Origin: Eledone cirrhosa | Lineage: Eukaryota | NCBI GenBank assembly: GCA_964016885.1 | Contig: OZ024757.1 | Location: forward strand, 41,850,001-41,914,000 | Reading direction: 5' to 3' | DNA: 64,000 bases | In this document: piece by piece, positions 1 to 10,497 of the stretch | Position numbering within the stretch: the first letter of the stretch is position 1 | Layout of the letters: the number at the start of each line of letters is the position of its first letter | Notes under the pieces: model-generated | The model's input: only the letters and a program-made list of their open reading frames with translations | Told to the model about the DNA's origin: nothing | Database searches by the model: none | Made by a program: the position numbers and the translations under genes

Positions 1-196
1 ATGTATGTATATATATATATATAGTAAGATCAACACAATCATGTTCCCTTTATCCTATAGTGGAATGTAGAGAGAATGAAGCAGTTTTCAGCAATAAGTG
101 AAATACATTAAATAAATTGACTTAACTTGGACAAATGTAATCTTTTTGATTCCAATGATTGAAGTGTTGAGGCAAGTAACAGGGAGAAAAAACAAT

Positions 197-253
197 TATA
201 TATATATATATATATATATATCTTGTGTATATTATATATATATATATCTTGTG

Positions 254-348
<95 letters not shown>

Positions 349-352
349 TGTG

Positions 353-396
<44 letters not shown>

Positions 397-757
397 TGTG
401 TATATAATATATATATATATATATATATATCTTGTGAATATAATATATATATATATATTGTGTATATATTATATATATTGTTGATAATATACAATGTGAA
501 CAATATATATAATATATATAGTACATGTAATATATACAATACATATGATATATATATAATATATAACTTAATATATATATAATATAATATATATAACATA
601 CTAGATATAATATATAACATAAAATATATATAATATATGAAATATACAGTATATACAATATATATATAATATATACAATATATATATATATATATATACA
701 CATACATTTAGGTATATACATTCATGTATGTGTATACATGAATGTATATACATTCAT

Positions 758-788
<31 letters not shown>

Positions 789-790
789 AT
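197..790. repeat. Compound (TA)n microsatellite with recurrent CTTGTG(T/A)AT interruptions
   Basis: Direct reading. The overlapping YIYIYI ORFs are translation artefacts. Similar (TA)n/(TG)n/(CA)n tracts recur throughout 1-27.6 kb (e.g. 8795-9220, 9590-9897, 14125-15305, 15607-16580, 19128-19600) and at 62625-62775. Confidence 0.97.
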
Positions 791-833
791 GCTGGTAATA
801 CTCAAATGTAAAACTCCATGATTAATCACTATA

Positions 834-1000
834 TAATCGATTTTCTCTCCACTCTCCCTCCCTCTCACCCTTCTCCTTCCCTCACTCCCCTCTCCCTCCC
901 TCACTTCCATTTCCCTCCCTCACCCCTCTCTCCCTCCCTCACCCCCTCACTCCCTCCTCCCCATAAATTACTGGCCCTGTGACAATGTTAGAAACAAAGA
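834..1000 (+). mobile_element. 3' end of tRNA-derived SINE with internally expanded pyrimidine (CT-rich) tract
   Basis: TAATCGATTTTCTCTCC...[CT tract]...AAATTACTGGCCCTGTGACAATGTTAGAAAC matches TAATCGATTTTCCCCTCC...AAATTGCTGGCCTTGTGCCTATAGTAGAAAG of the copy at 7514-7570. Confidence 0.6.
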
Positions 1001-1140
1001 AAAATTCTTCTTCTGACATATTATGTCATTGATGTCCCCTTAGTGGAACTCTTTTGTACTTGTTCCGCCTTCTTTCAATGGCACCACCATTACAGTGTCT
1101 AGTATTGTTGGTTATATTTTCTTGTCATGGTTTATTGTAG

Positions 1141-1270
1141 GAAGGGAATTAGCAGAGTCTGATGAGATTTAGTTAAGAATATCAACTGGGATATGATCTG
1201 TCTGTTGGTCTCTCTCACTTCTTCTGAATTCAATTGCTGCCAACAGCTGAAAATAACTTGGCTTTTCATG
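1141..1270 (+). mobile_element. Highly degenerate SINE head/core
   Basis: TTCTGAATTCAATT (B-box remnant) and TAACTTGGCTTTTCAT resemble TTCTGAGTTCAAAT and TAACTTTGCCTTTCAT of the intact copies. Confidence 0.4.
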
Positions 1271-1298
1271 TGAGTTATATATATATATATATATATAT

Positions 1299-1414
1299 AG
1301 AAAAAGGTTCAGGACCCCGACAGCAGAGCTCAAGCCGTTTCAACGGCTATTTGAGTTCAGAAATAGTCGTCAAAATGGCTTGAGCTCTGATGTTGGGGTC
1401 CTAAACCTTTTCCT
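1299..1414. repeat. Long palindrome (54-bp arms, 8-nt loop) made of two inverted hammerhead 3' halves, embedded in (TA)n
   Basis: Arms 1299-1352 and 1361-1414 are reverse complements with 8 mismatches by hand alignment. The minus strand of the left arm reads tGAAA-cggc-ttgagctct-gctg-TC-ggggt. Confidence 0.85.
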
Positions 1415-1690
1415 ATATATATATATAGAGAGAGAGAGAGGTTTAGGATCTTGTCGATTGATTCCATCAATATATATATATATATGTATATATATGTGTG
1501 TGTCCTCTTCCTGCTATATCAAGCATTAAACTAATATATCCCTTCCATATACTGTACCGATTGTGTTGTCATTTCTGTTTACCTTCTACATATATATATA
1601 TGAATGTATATGTATGTTTATATATGCATATGTATGTATATATATGTATATGTATGTATGTTTATATATATATATATATATATGTGTTTA

Positions 1691-1749
<59 letters not shown>

Positions 1750-2304
1750 TCATATATATGTATGTTTATAATATATAGGTGTATATGGCTATATCAATGT
1801 TTGCATTATTCCACTTTAAGTTCTCATCAACAACATCTCCATGGTAATATGTCATTGTATATTTACTTTAATATCTGCCATTAATATGACAGTGAAAGAG
1901 CTTCCCTTTTTCAATCCACCATTTTCAATCCATTTTCTCGTGTTTATAATTCCAGACATTCTCATCAAACTATTTAAAATTCCTTCTACAATCTTACAAT
2001 ATTTATTTAGCATTTTATTTTACATATATTTCATCTTGTAACATTTTTTTAAATCTTTTTTTTACATTATTTACACACATGTTTATATATATATATTTAT
2101 ATATATATGACACTCCATATATATATACATATATATATGTATATTATTTAGGCTTATATTTATATGCATTTACTGTTTATATGTATATATAAACATATAC
2201 ATATATATATTTATTTATCTAGCGTGCATATGTTTATATAAGCATTTACTGTTTATTTGAATATATATAGATATATATATAGATATATATATGTAGTATA
2301 TGTT

Positions 2305-2355
2305 AGTTTCAGAAGATCCCGTTAAGGGTGAAAGCAGCGATTCATTGCTTAAACT
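2305..2355 (+). ncRNA. Degenerate type I hammerhead ribozyme motif (core CUGAAGA mutated to CAGAAGA)
   Basis: agttt-CAGAAGA-t-ccc-gttaa-ggg-t-GAAA-gca-gcgattcat-tgc-T-T-aaact. Helices I (agttt/aaact), II (ccc/ggg) and III (Agca/tgcT) all pair. AATAAA lies about 15 nt downstream. Confidence 0.6.
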
Positions 2356-2475
2356 TTAATCTGTTATTTTAATAAATAGTTATATATATATATATATAGC
2401 GAGGGAAAAGTGGCAAGGAACCAGGTGGACCATAACGCACCAAAGTACTCAATACTTAGGGTAGTAGAGTGGGTA

Positions 2476-2592
2476 ATAGGAGTAAGTAAGACCCCGACGG
2501 CTGAGCTCAAGCCATTTCGACGGCTAATTCCAGTACAGAATTAGCCGTCGAAACGGTTTGAGCTCAGCCGTCGGAGTCTTACTTACTCCTAT
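2476..2592. repeat. Long palindrome (55-bp arms, 7-nt loop) of two inverted hammerhead 3' halves, related to 1299-1414
   Basis: Arms 2476-2530 and 2538-2592 have 3 mismatches. The plus strand reads cGAAA(2550-2553)-cggtt-tgagctc-agccg-TC(2571-2572)-ggagt. Confidence 0.9.
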
Positions 2593-3368
2593 ATATATAT
2601 ATATATATATATACAGATCTAAATTTCCCCATTATTTGTTGAGTATACTATGGTTTGGTTTGTTTGTTTTTTTGTAGTGTAGGTTGTTGTTGTTTGTGAG
2701 GGTGGGGACATATATTTACTCCCCCCCCCCTCCCTCACATCCCACCTTTTATTCCTTAGCCAAAATATGTCTTCCTTAATTTTTCTTAGTTTCAATATAT
2801 TTCATGACACTGCAAATTAGAATATACACATCTACCTTCACACACAAACACATATATATTTACACATACACACATACATCTATACACACACACACATATA
2901 TGTATATACATGCGTATATACACATACATATACATGTATATATACATATAGACAAAGACAAACATTTTTACACACACAAACAACATATGTGCATACGAAC
3001 ACATAAAAACACACACTCCCAATCACATACTTATACACAAGCATTCACACACACACACACTCAGAGAAACATCCACAAACATATGTTCCCTTATAAGCAC
3101 AAACATATTAGACAAACACACACTTATACACACACAAATAGACACACAAACGCATACAAAAATCTTTAAAAAGACCTCCTTATTTACTAAAGGGAAGTTG
3201 ATAGCCTGACAAACTCTGAATAAAATATAAAATTGGAACATTCCATATAAATAGAAAATAATTTCTAAATATATTTTAATATAAAATTCCGCAGAAGAAT
3301 ATCTTTAGAAAGATTGAACTTCACAAATTATTTAGCCTCAGGTCTTCAATTGTGACAGGGATCAGAGA

Positions 3369-4050
3369 TTAACTCTCAACGTCCTGCTCCACATGAAGCT
3401 GCATTAACAAGACATTGCTGAAAAGTACAAAACAACACTAGGACTGTATCACACTTTAACTCTTAACATCCTGTACCACATGAAGCAGCACTATGGCTGC
3501 ATCATATTAACTTTTTATGTCCTGTACCCACATGAAGCCACATTAAGAAAGACATTCTTGAAAAGTACAAAACAACACTATGACTGCATCACATTAATCC
3601 TTTAGCATTTACATTACTCTATATATACTATTGTATTTTCGTGGTTAAGGCTTTACCTCACATAATATCTCGCATTACTCTATATATACTATTGTATTTT
3701 CACTGTAAAGGCTTTACCTCACATAATATCTCACATAACATTTACATTACTCTATATATACTATTGTATTTTCGTGGTTAAGGTTTTACCTCACATAATC
3801 ATGTCACATAATATCGAATCTATGAGATTTTGATATTATTTATTTTGAGAAAAATACCTTAACATCAGTATGAGTGGCCAGTTACGGACAGTTTGAACAG
3901 AAAAAAGTGAGAGAATTCTGGCCGGATACAGCTGGTTTACATCCTGTACCACATGAAACCACATTAATAAGACATTCTTTAAAAGTACAAAACAACACTA
4001 TGACTACATCACATTAACTCTTAACATCCTGTACCACACGAAACCACATT
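3369..4050. repeat. Degenerate ~87-bp tandem repeat, interrupted by a MITE
   Basis: Units start TTAA(C)TC/TT at 3369, 3456, 3507 (after a short 51-bp unit), 3594 and about 4014. Shared blocks are CCTGTACCACATGAA and AAAAGTACAAAACAACACTA. Confidence 0.8.
3598..3939 (+). mobile_element. piggyBac-type MITE, right TIR lost
   Basis: TTAA followed by TCCTTTAGCATTTA. The body is colinear with the complete copy at 63190-63610, including the internal CATTACTCTATATATACTA repeats. It ends at CAGCTGGTTTA. Confidence 0.8.
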
Positions 4051-4529
4051 AGCAGGTCAGCTGCTGACTCATCAATGTCATCAACAGGCTTAGCTGCTTC
4101 AGCGAGGTTGGAATAAATTTGGTTTGAAAACTGACTCAGCTCAGACAAATCAAGATTCTTTATATTATAAAACCAAATGAGGTTTCAGGCAGTTTGGTCG
4201 TATAAAGGTTAAATAAAATGTTTTATAGACAAACTGATGGCATAAGTGAATGTTAGCTGTGAAAGGTTAAATAAATGGAGAATGTCTTGGAGGAAAATAA
4301 AATAAAAAATAAACAAATATAAAATAAATAAATAAAATGTATACAATCTTGAATAGAACCAATTCTACTGAAGTAGGTAAAATTCTGATTTTCTGATTTT
4401 CTCTGGCAAAACTACCTTGGAATTATTTCTAAATCAATATTGCTAAATGTGTGTGTCTGTGTGTGTATACAGGTGTGTCTATGTGCATGTGTATGTATAT
4501 GTATATATATGTATATATATATATATATA

Positions 4530-4602
<73 letters not shown>

Positions 4603-4695
4603 ATATATATACATCTGTGTGTTATTGAAAGCTGAGAGAAAAGAGTACTCAATACAGAAGTAGAGTTTTAATACACATTATTCAGGCTAAATAAT

Positions 4696-4758
4696 GAGTC
4701 TTGTTACTCTGGAGTTTCACCTGTTTATCACAGGTGAAACTCCAGAGTAACAAGACTC
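4696..4758. repeat. Perfect palindrome (29-bp arms, TTATC loop) of two inverted hammerhead 3' halves
   Basis: GAGTCTTGTTACTCTGGAGTTTCACCTGT-ttatc-ACAGGTGAAACTCCAGAGTAACAAGACTC. Each strand reads acagg-t-GAAA-ctc-ca-gag-T-A-acaag. Confidence 0.9.
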
Positions 4759-5450
4759 TGGGTTGTGTAGACATAATATCTCAAGGCCTGGGGTGGGGCA
4801 GATGTGGGCTGTGGGTAGGTGGGTGGGTGGTCAGCTGTAGACTTTAATGTTTCATGTCCTGAAGGGGGGGGCAGGTGTGTGTGGATGAGGGGGAGTATGG
4901 GGGGGTCTGAAGATAAACCGACAAAATTGCATTTTAAAACAGCTTTTTCTCTTTAAACTTTGCAAAGCAAAGCATACCGTACATTTTCTGAGTTTTGTGT
5001 GATATTAATCAATACCAATCTATAAAGATCTAAAAATATATTGATTCCGTGTATTTCCAGATCTATTAAAACAAAAAGACGCATTGGCTAGAAATAATGG
5101 TTAACATTTTCTGGGGTGGGGGTGTTTTTGTGGTGTGTTTTTGTGGTGTGTTTTTGTGGTGTGTCAGTTTTGGCAGTTTTACAATAGTAAAATAATTTGT
5201 TTCATTTGAATGGGGAAAATGTAAGACATACATACTATTATAAAAATTGGACAGCTATAAAATCTAGAGCAGTAAATAAATATATATATATATATACATA
5301 CGTATATATGTGTGTATATATGTATATATATATATATTTGTATATGTATGTATATATATATATATATGTATATATGTATATTTCTATATATATATATATA
5401 TATATATTTGTGTTTGTATATATGTATGTATATATATATATATATATACA

Positions 5451-5790
5451 TGGAGGCACATGGCTTAGTGGTTAGAGCATTGGCCTTTCAATCAAAAGGT
5501 TGTGAGTTCAATTCTCAGACCAGGTGATGTGTTGTTTCCTTGAGCAAGACACTTTATTTCACATTGCTCCAGTTTACTCAGCTGTAGAAATGAGATGGTA
5601 GGGACTGGGGTCCCTATTATTCCACTGCAAAGTGGTCGTGTAGGTGCCACGGCAAAAAAGCACCCAGCACTCACTGTAAATGAGGTCGGTGTTAGGAAGG
5701 GCATCCAGCTGTAGAAATCAAGCCAGAATCAGTTCCCATCCCACCCTTGCAAGCAGGGAAAAGTGGATGTAAAATGATGATGATGATGAT
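5451..5790 (+). mobile_element. tRNA-derived SINE with CORE-like middle and RTE-derived 3' tail ending in (GAT)n
   Basis: A box TGGCTTAGTGG and B box GAGTTCAATTC. Middle CCTTGAGCAAGACACTTTA. Tail GTTAGGAAGGGCATCCAGCTGTAGAAA...GATGATGAT is shared with the 3' UTR of the LINE at 20173-20345. Confidence 0.85.
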
Positions 5791-6105
5791 ATATATATAT
5801 ATATATGAATATATATATATATATATTTGTATGTGTATATATGTATATTTGTATGTGTGTGTATATATATATATATATGTGTGTGTATATTTGTGTGTAT
5901 ATGTATATATGTGTATGTGTATATAAATATGATAAATGAAATATAGTAAAAATAAAATTTAAAATATCTTTTTACTGCCAAAATATGGATGTTTTTTCTT
6001 CTGTTGAAAGTAATAAAATTTTATAGAATGCAAAACGAATTTGAATTGAAGTCGAAATGTATAAATTAATATATATACATTGATTAAATAATAAACATGC
6101 ATAGG

Positions 6106-6153
<48 letters not shown>

Positions 6154-6310
6154 ATATATGTATTGATATATCTTCATCATCATTGATTTTATGTCCGCTT
6201 TTTCCATGCTTATACAATCTGTATGCATTTAATAGACATATATATATATACACACACATATATAAATATATATATATATTTCTATACATACACATTTTAA
6301 TTGCATACAG

Positions 6311-6368
<58 letters not shown>

Positions 6369-6401
6369 AAAATGGAACGGGAACAAAACAGAGAGGCAGT
6401 A

Positions 6402-6445
<44 letters not shown>

Positions 6446-6625
6446 CAGTCCATGAGTTATTATAGCCATTGTGTTTAGACAGACAGGCAGACAGACAGAC
6501 AGACAGATAGATACGTGGACAGCTTTGTTCTATATAACTATGGATTACAATAACCTTTTGTTCTCTAATGATTTCACAACTTAGTTTTGACAAAAATCAT
6601 AAAAAATATGTTTTTTAGATATGTT

Positions 6626-6696
<71 letters not shown>

Positions 6697-6729
6697 GTGT
6701 TGCTATATCATATATATAAATTTTAATAT

Positions 6730-6971
6730 CATCATCACCGTTTAACGTCCATGTTTCCATGCAAGATATATATATATATATATATATATTATACAAGATA
6801 TATATATATATATATATTATACACGATATATATATATATATATATATATAGTAATAATAATAAATTTGAAGACTAAAATCCAAAAGAGGGCTTGATAAGG
6901 ATAAATATATATCAAATATATAAGAACTGTAGAGCAAAAGTATATATATATATATATATAGATATTATACA

Positions 6972-7043
<72 letters not shown>

Positions 7044-7110
7044 CAAGATATATATTATACAAGATATATAGATATATTATACAAGATATATATATATACA
7101 CAAGATATAT
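6730..7110. repeat. RTE/SINE tail fragment (minus) followed by (TA)n with TACAAGAT interruptions
   Basis: CATCATCACCGTTTAACGTCCATGTTTCCATGCAAG, then repeated ATTATACAAGATATAT. Confidence 0.7.
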
Positions 7111-7371
7111 GGCAGAAATGTTAAGTTTAATGGCTTCCCTTCTTTAAACAATATTTCTTACATTTATCTTAGCTTTTATTGTTGTTGTTGTTATGATCAC
7201 TGTTGTTGTTGTTGTGGTGATGGTTATTGTTGTTGTTGTTGTGGTGGTGGTTATTGTTGTTGTTGTGAATAAGAATATCATTTTGAAAAATATTTTTAAA
7301 ATGGTTTGTTTGATATTTTTTTTTCGGTTGCATAAGTTTTTAATTTCTCATATTGTTTGTGTTTATTTTAT

Positions 7372-7587
7372 TCGGTAGGGCATCAGACAACATGTTGTTT
7401 GGCATAGAGTCTGGCCCTTTACATTCTGAGTTCAAATCCTGACAAGGTTAACTTTGCCTTTCATCCTTACAGGGTCGATGAAACAAAGTACCAGTAATGC
7501 ACTGGGGTTGATTTAATCGATTTTCCCCTCCACCTTCAAATTGCTGGCCTTGTGCCTATAGTAGAAAGAATTATTATTATTATTATT
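7372..7587 (+). mobile_element. tRNA-derived SINE (MetaSINE-like core), (ATT)n tail
   Basis: B box GAGTTCAAATCC, core GCCTTTCATCCTTACAGGGTCGAT...AAGTACCAG, (ATT)n tail. Confidence 0.85.
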
Positions 7588-7785
7588 GCAGTGGATTGGC
7601 AGTATCAGTAGAGGGTCGGACGCCATGCTTTGACGCTTAGTTACGGCCCTTGCCATTCTGAGTTCAAATCCCGCCGAGGTTAGCTTTGCCTTTCATCCTT
7701 ACAGGGTCGATAAAATAAAGTACCAGTAATACACTGGATAATTGCTGGCCTTGCGCCTAACGTACAAACAATTATTATTATTATT
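7588..7785 (+). mobile_element. tRNA-derived SINE (same family), inserted at the tail of the previous copy
   Basis: A-box-like TGGCAGTATCAG, B box GAGTTCAAATCCC, same core and (ATT)n tail. Near-identical to 25476-25668 and 61329-61525. Confidence 0.9.
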
Positions 7786-8006
7786 GCGTGTGTGAGTGTT
7801 AGTGTGTGTGAGTGTGTGTGTGTGAGTGTGTGTGTGTGTGTGTCTATGTGTTCTTTGTTATTGCTTTATTTTTTAAACATTTATTTCTCAATTATTCCAT
7901 GGATATAGTTATACTGTTCTACAATTGAAGAGACGGAGAAGATGATACATATGTATGTATATATATATATATATATATATACACATGTATATACACACAC
8001 ACACAC

Positions 8007-8040
<34 letters not shown>

Positions 8041-8112
8041 GGGGAGAGAGAGAGAAAGAAGGAGGGTTGATAAGATATGTATATGTGCGTGTGTATATAT
8101 ATATATATACCT

Positions 8113-8385
8113 CCCATGGGTACAAGCTGAAGCATATAGACAATATGCCCCCACACCCCCCACTGTAAAGTGGACGTGTAGGCGCCACGGAAAAAGCAGC
8201 CAGCACTCACTGTAAATGAGGTTGGTGTTAGGAAGGACATCCAGCTGTAGAAATCAAGCCAAATCAGTTCCTGTATGAGCAAGGCATGGTCAGTCGACCA
8301 GACACTGCCCACAACAGGACAACCCGTCTAACCCATGCTAGCGTGGAAGAACGGACGTAAAACGGTGATGATGATGATGATGATG

Positions 8386-8387
<2 letters not shown>
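8113..8387 (+). mobile_element. 3' part of RTE-tailed SINE or LINE 3' UTR
   Basis: Colinear with 5620-5790. Ends AACCCATGCTAGCGTGGAAGAACGGACGTAAAACGGTGATGATGAT. Confidence 0.8.
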
Positions 8388-8417
<30 letters not shown>

Positions 8418-8535
8418 TATATATACACAAAGAATCTCTATGCCTGAAATGAGTGCGTTGGGTAGGAAGAGAGAGAGAGAGGGAGAGAAAGAGAGGGAGA
8501 AGATAAGGTAGAGAGATAAAATTATAGAGATAGAT

Positions 8536-8574
<39 letters not shown>

Positions 8575-8794
8575 ATGAGATGAGAGAGGAGGGGGAAGGG
8601 TGAGACAGGAGAGGTTGGATGAAAAAGAAGGAGAAATATTGGTTTTTTGACATATTCTAATAAATCCAATATTTCAAAACATTTTAAGAATGGTTTTAAT
8701 GAACATAAATATAAAATATTAAGTGGCAAGGAAGAACATAGACGAGACTACATAGACATATATATGTTATGTGGCTATTGTTACATATATTTAT

Positions 8795-8875
<81 letters not shown>

Positions 8876-8930
8876 TATGAGTGTGTGTATAGTATATATA
8901 TATATGTATGTATATATATATATATGTATG

Positions 8931-8961
<31 letters not shown>

Positions 8962-9092
8962 GCATGTATATACAGTATATATGCATGTATATACAGTATA
9001 TATGCATGTATATATATAAATGCTCGTATATATATATATATATGCTCATATATATATATATAGTTATATATATGTATATATATATGCATGTG

Positions 9093-9123
<31 letters not shown>

Positions 9124-9130
9124 GCATGTG

Positions 9131-9169
<39 letters not shown>

Positions 9170-9285
9170 GCATGTGTGTATGTGTATATATATATATATA
9201 TGTATATATATATGTGTGTGAACCTAATATAACTGTAAAAATTGCCTCCTGTGTTTCGTTTTTCATTTGTTAACTATATATATAT

Positions 9286-9369
9286 AGAGAGAGAGAGATA
9301 AAGCATGAGAGAGAGAGATAAAGCATGAGAAAGAGAGAGGGAGAGGTGAAGGAGAGAGAGATAAAGCAT

Positions 9370-9400
<31 letters not shown>

Positions 9401-9490
9401 GAGATAGAGAGAGAGAGAGGGGGAGATAGAGATAAAGCATGAAAGAGAGAGAGGGAGAGAGAGAGAGATAAAGCATGAGAGAGAGAGACA
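9286..9490. repeat. (GA)n microsatellite with ATAAAGCAT interruptions
   Basis: Five GATAAAGCATGA motifs separated by GA runs. Confidence 0.9.
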
Positions 9491-9588
9491 GTGTCAAAGC
9501 CAGAAAATTATTGTAAATCAAACCTTTAATATTATGGTAATTACTGTTGATTATATATCATTCTATTCTCTATATTGTTGTAACTGGG

Positions 9589-9675
<87 letters not shown>

Positions 9676-9721
9676 TATATAGATATATACATATATAGAT
9701 ATATACATATATATATATATG

Positions 9722-9767
<46 letters not shown>

Positions 9768-9807
9768 CATATATATATATGTATATATATATACATATAT
9801 ATATATG

Positions 9808-9867
<60 letters not shown>

Positions 9868-10289
9868 CATATATATATATGTATATATATATACATAAAG
9901 GTGATTGATTAATAATCAAACTCCTTTGAATACAAATATTGATTAATCATTGTTTAAAAACGATTGATTCATATGATGATGGCGGGGCGACGGAGGAGAA
10001 GGAGAAGAAAAGGAAGGAGAAGGTTTTATAAAAATACCCAAAGCTGATGATAAAATTATAGAAGTCTAAATAGTTGAATGGAGAACTAAGTTGACAAACT
10101 GCCGGAGATTGTAAGTTATATGAAATTTGAGGCCCTTCTCTGAAAATAATATAATTATTATTTTTTATATTAATGGTAATGATGAAGAATAACATATATA
10201 TATATAAGTATAGCTATATATATATATATATATATATACATATAGCTCAATGTAAAATAAAAAGTATACTACAGAGCCGAAATACTACT

Positions 10290-10328
10290 CTGATGATTCC
10301 AGTATTGTTTTAGGATGAAACGATTGTA
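10290..10328 (+). ncRNA. Hammerhead core with decayed helix I
   Basis: CTGATGA-t-tcc-agtattgtttta-gga-t-GAAA-cg-at-tg-T-A. The flanks do not form a good helix I. Confidence 0.5.
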
Positions 10329-10373
10329 ACTTATTAAATGTTTTAAACACTATTTGATTGTCATTTACATTGT

Positions 10374-10497
<124 letters not shown>

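Noticed and set aside
1159-1200. CTGATGA as a hammerhead core
   Set aside because: No downstream GAAA or pairing helices.
4903-4950. CTGAAGA...TAAAACAGCTT as a decayed hammerhead
   Set aside because: GAAA is absent, and helices I and II cannot be formed.
5451-5525. tRNA gene
   Set aside because: A and B boxes are present, but there is no full cloverleaf and it continues into SINE body and tail.
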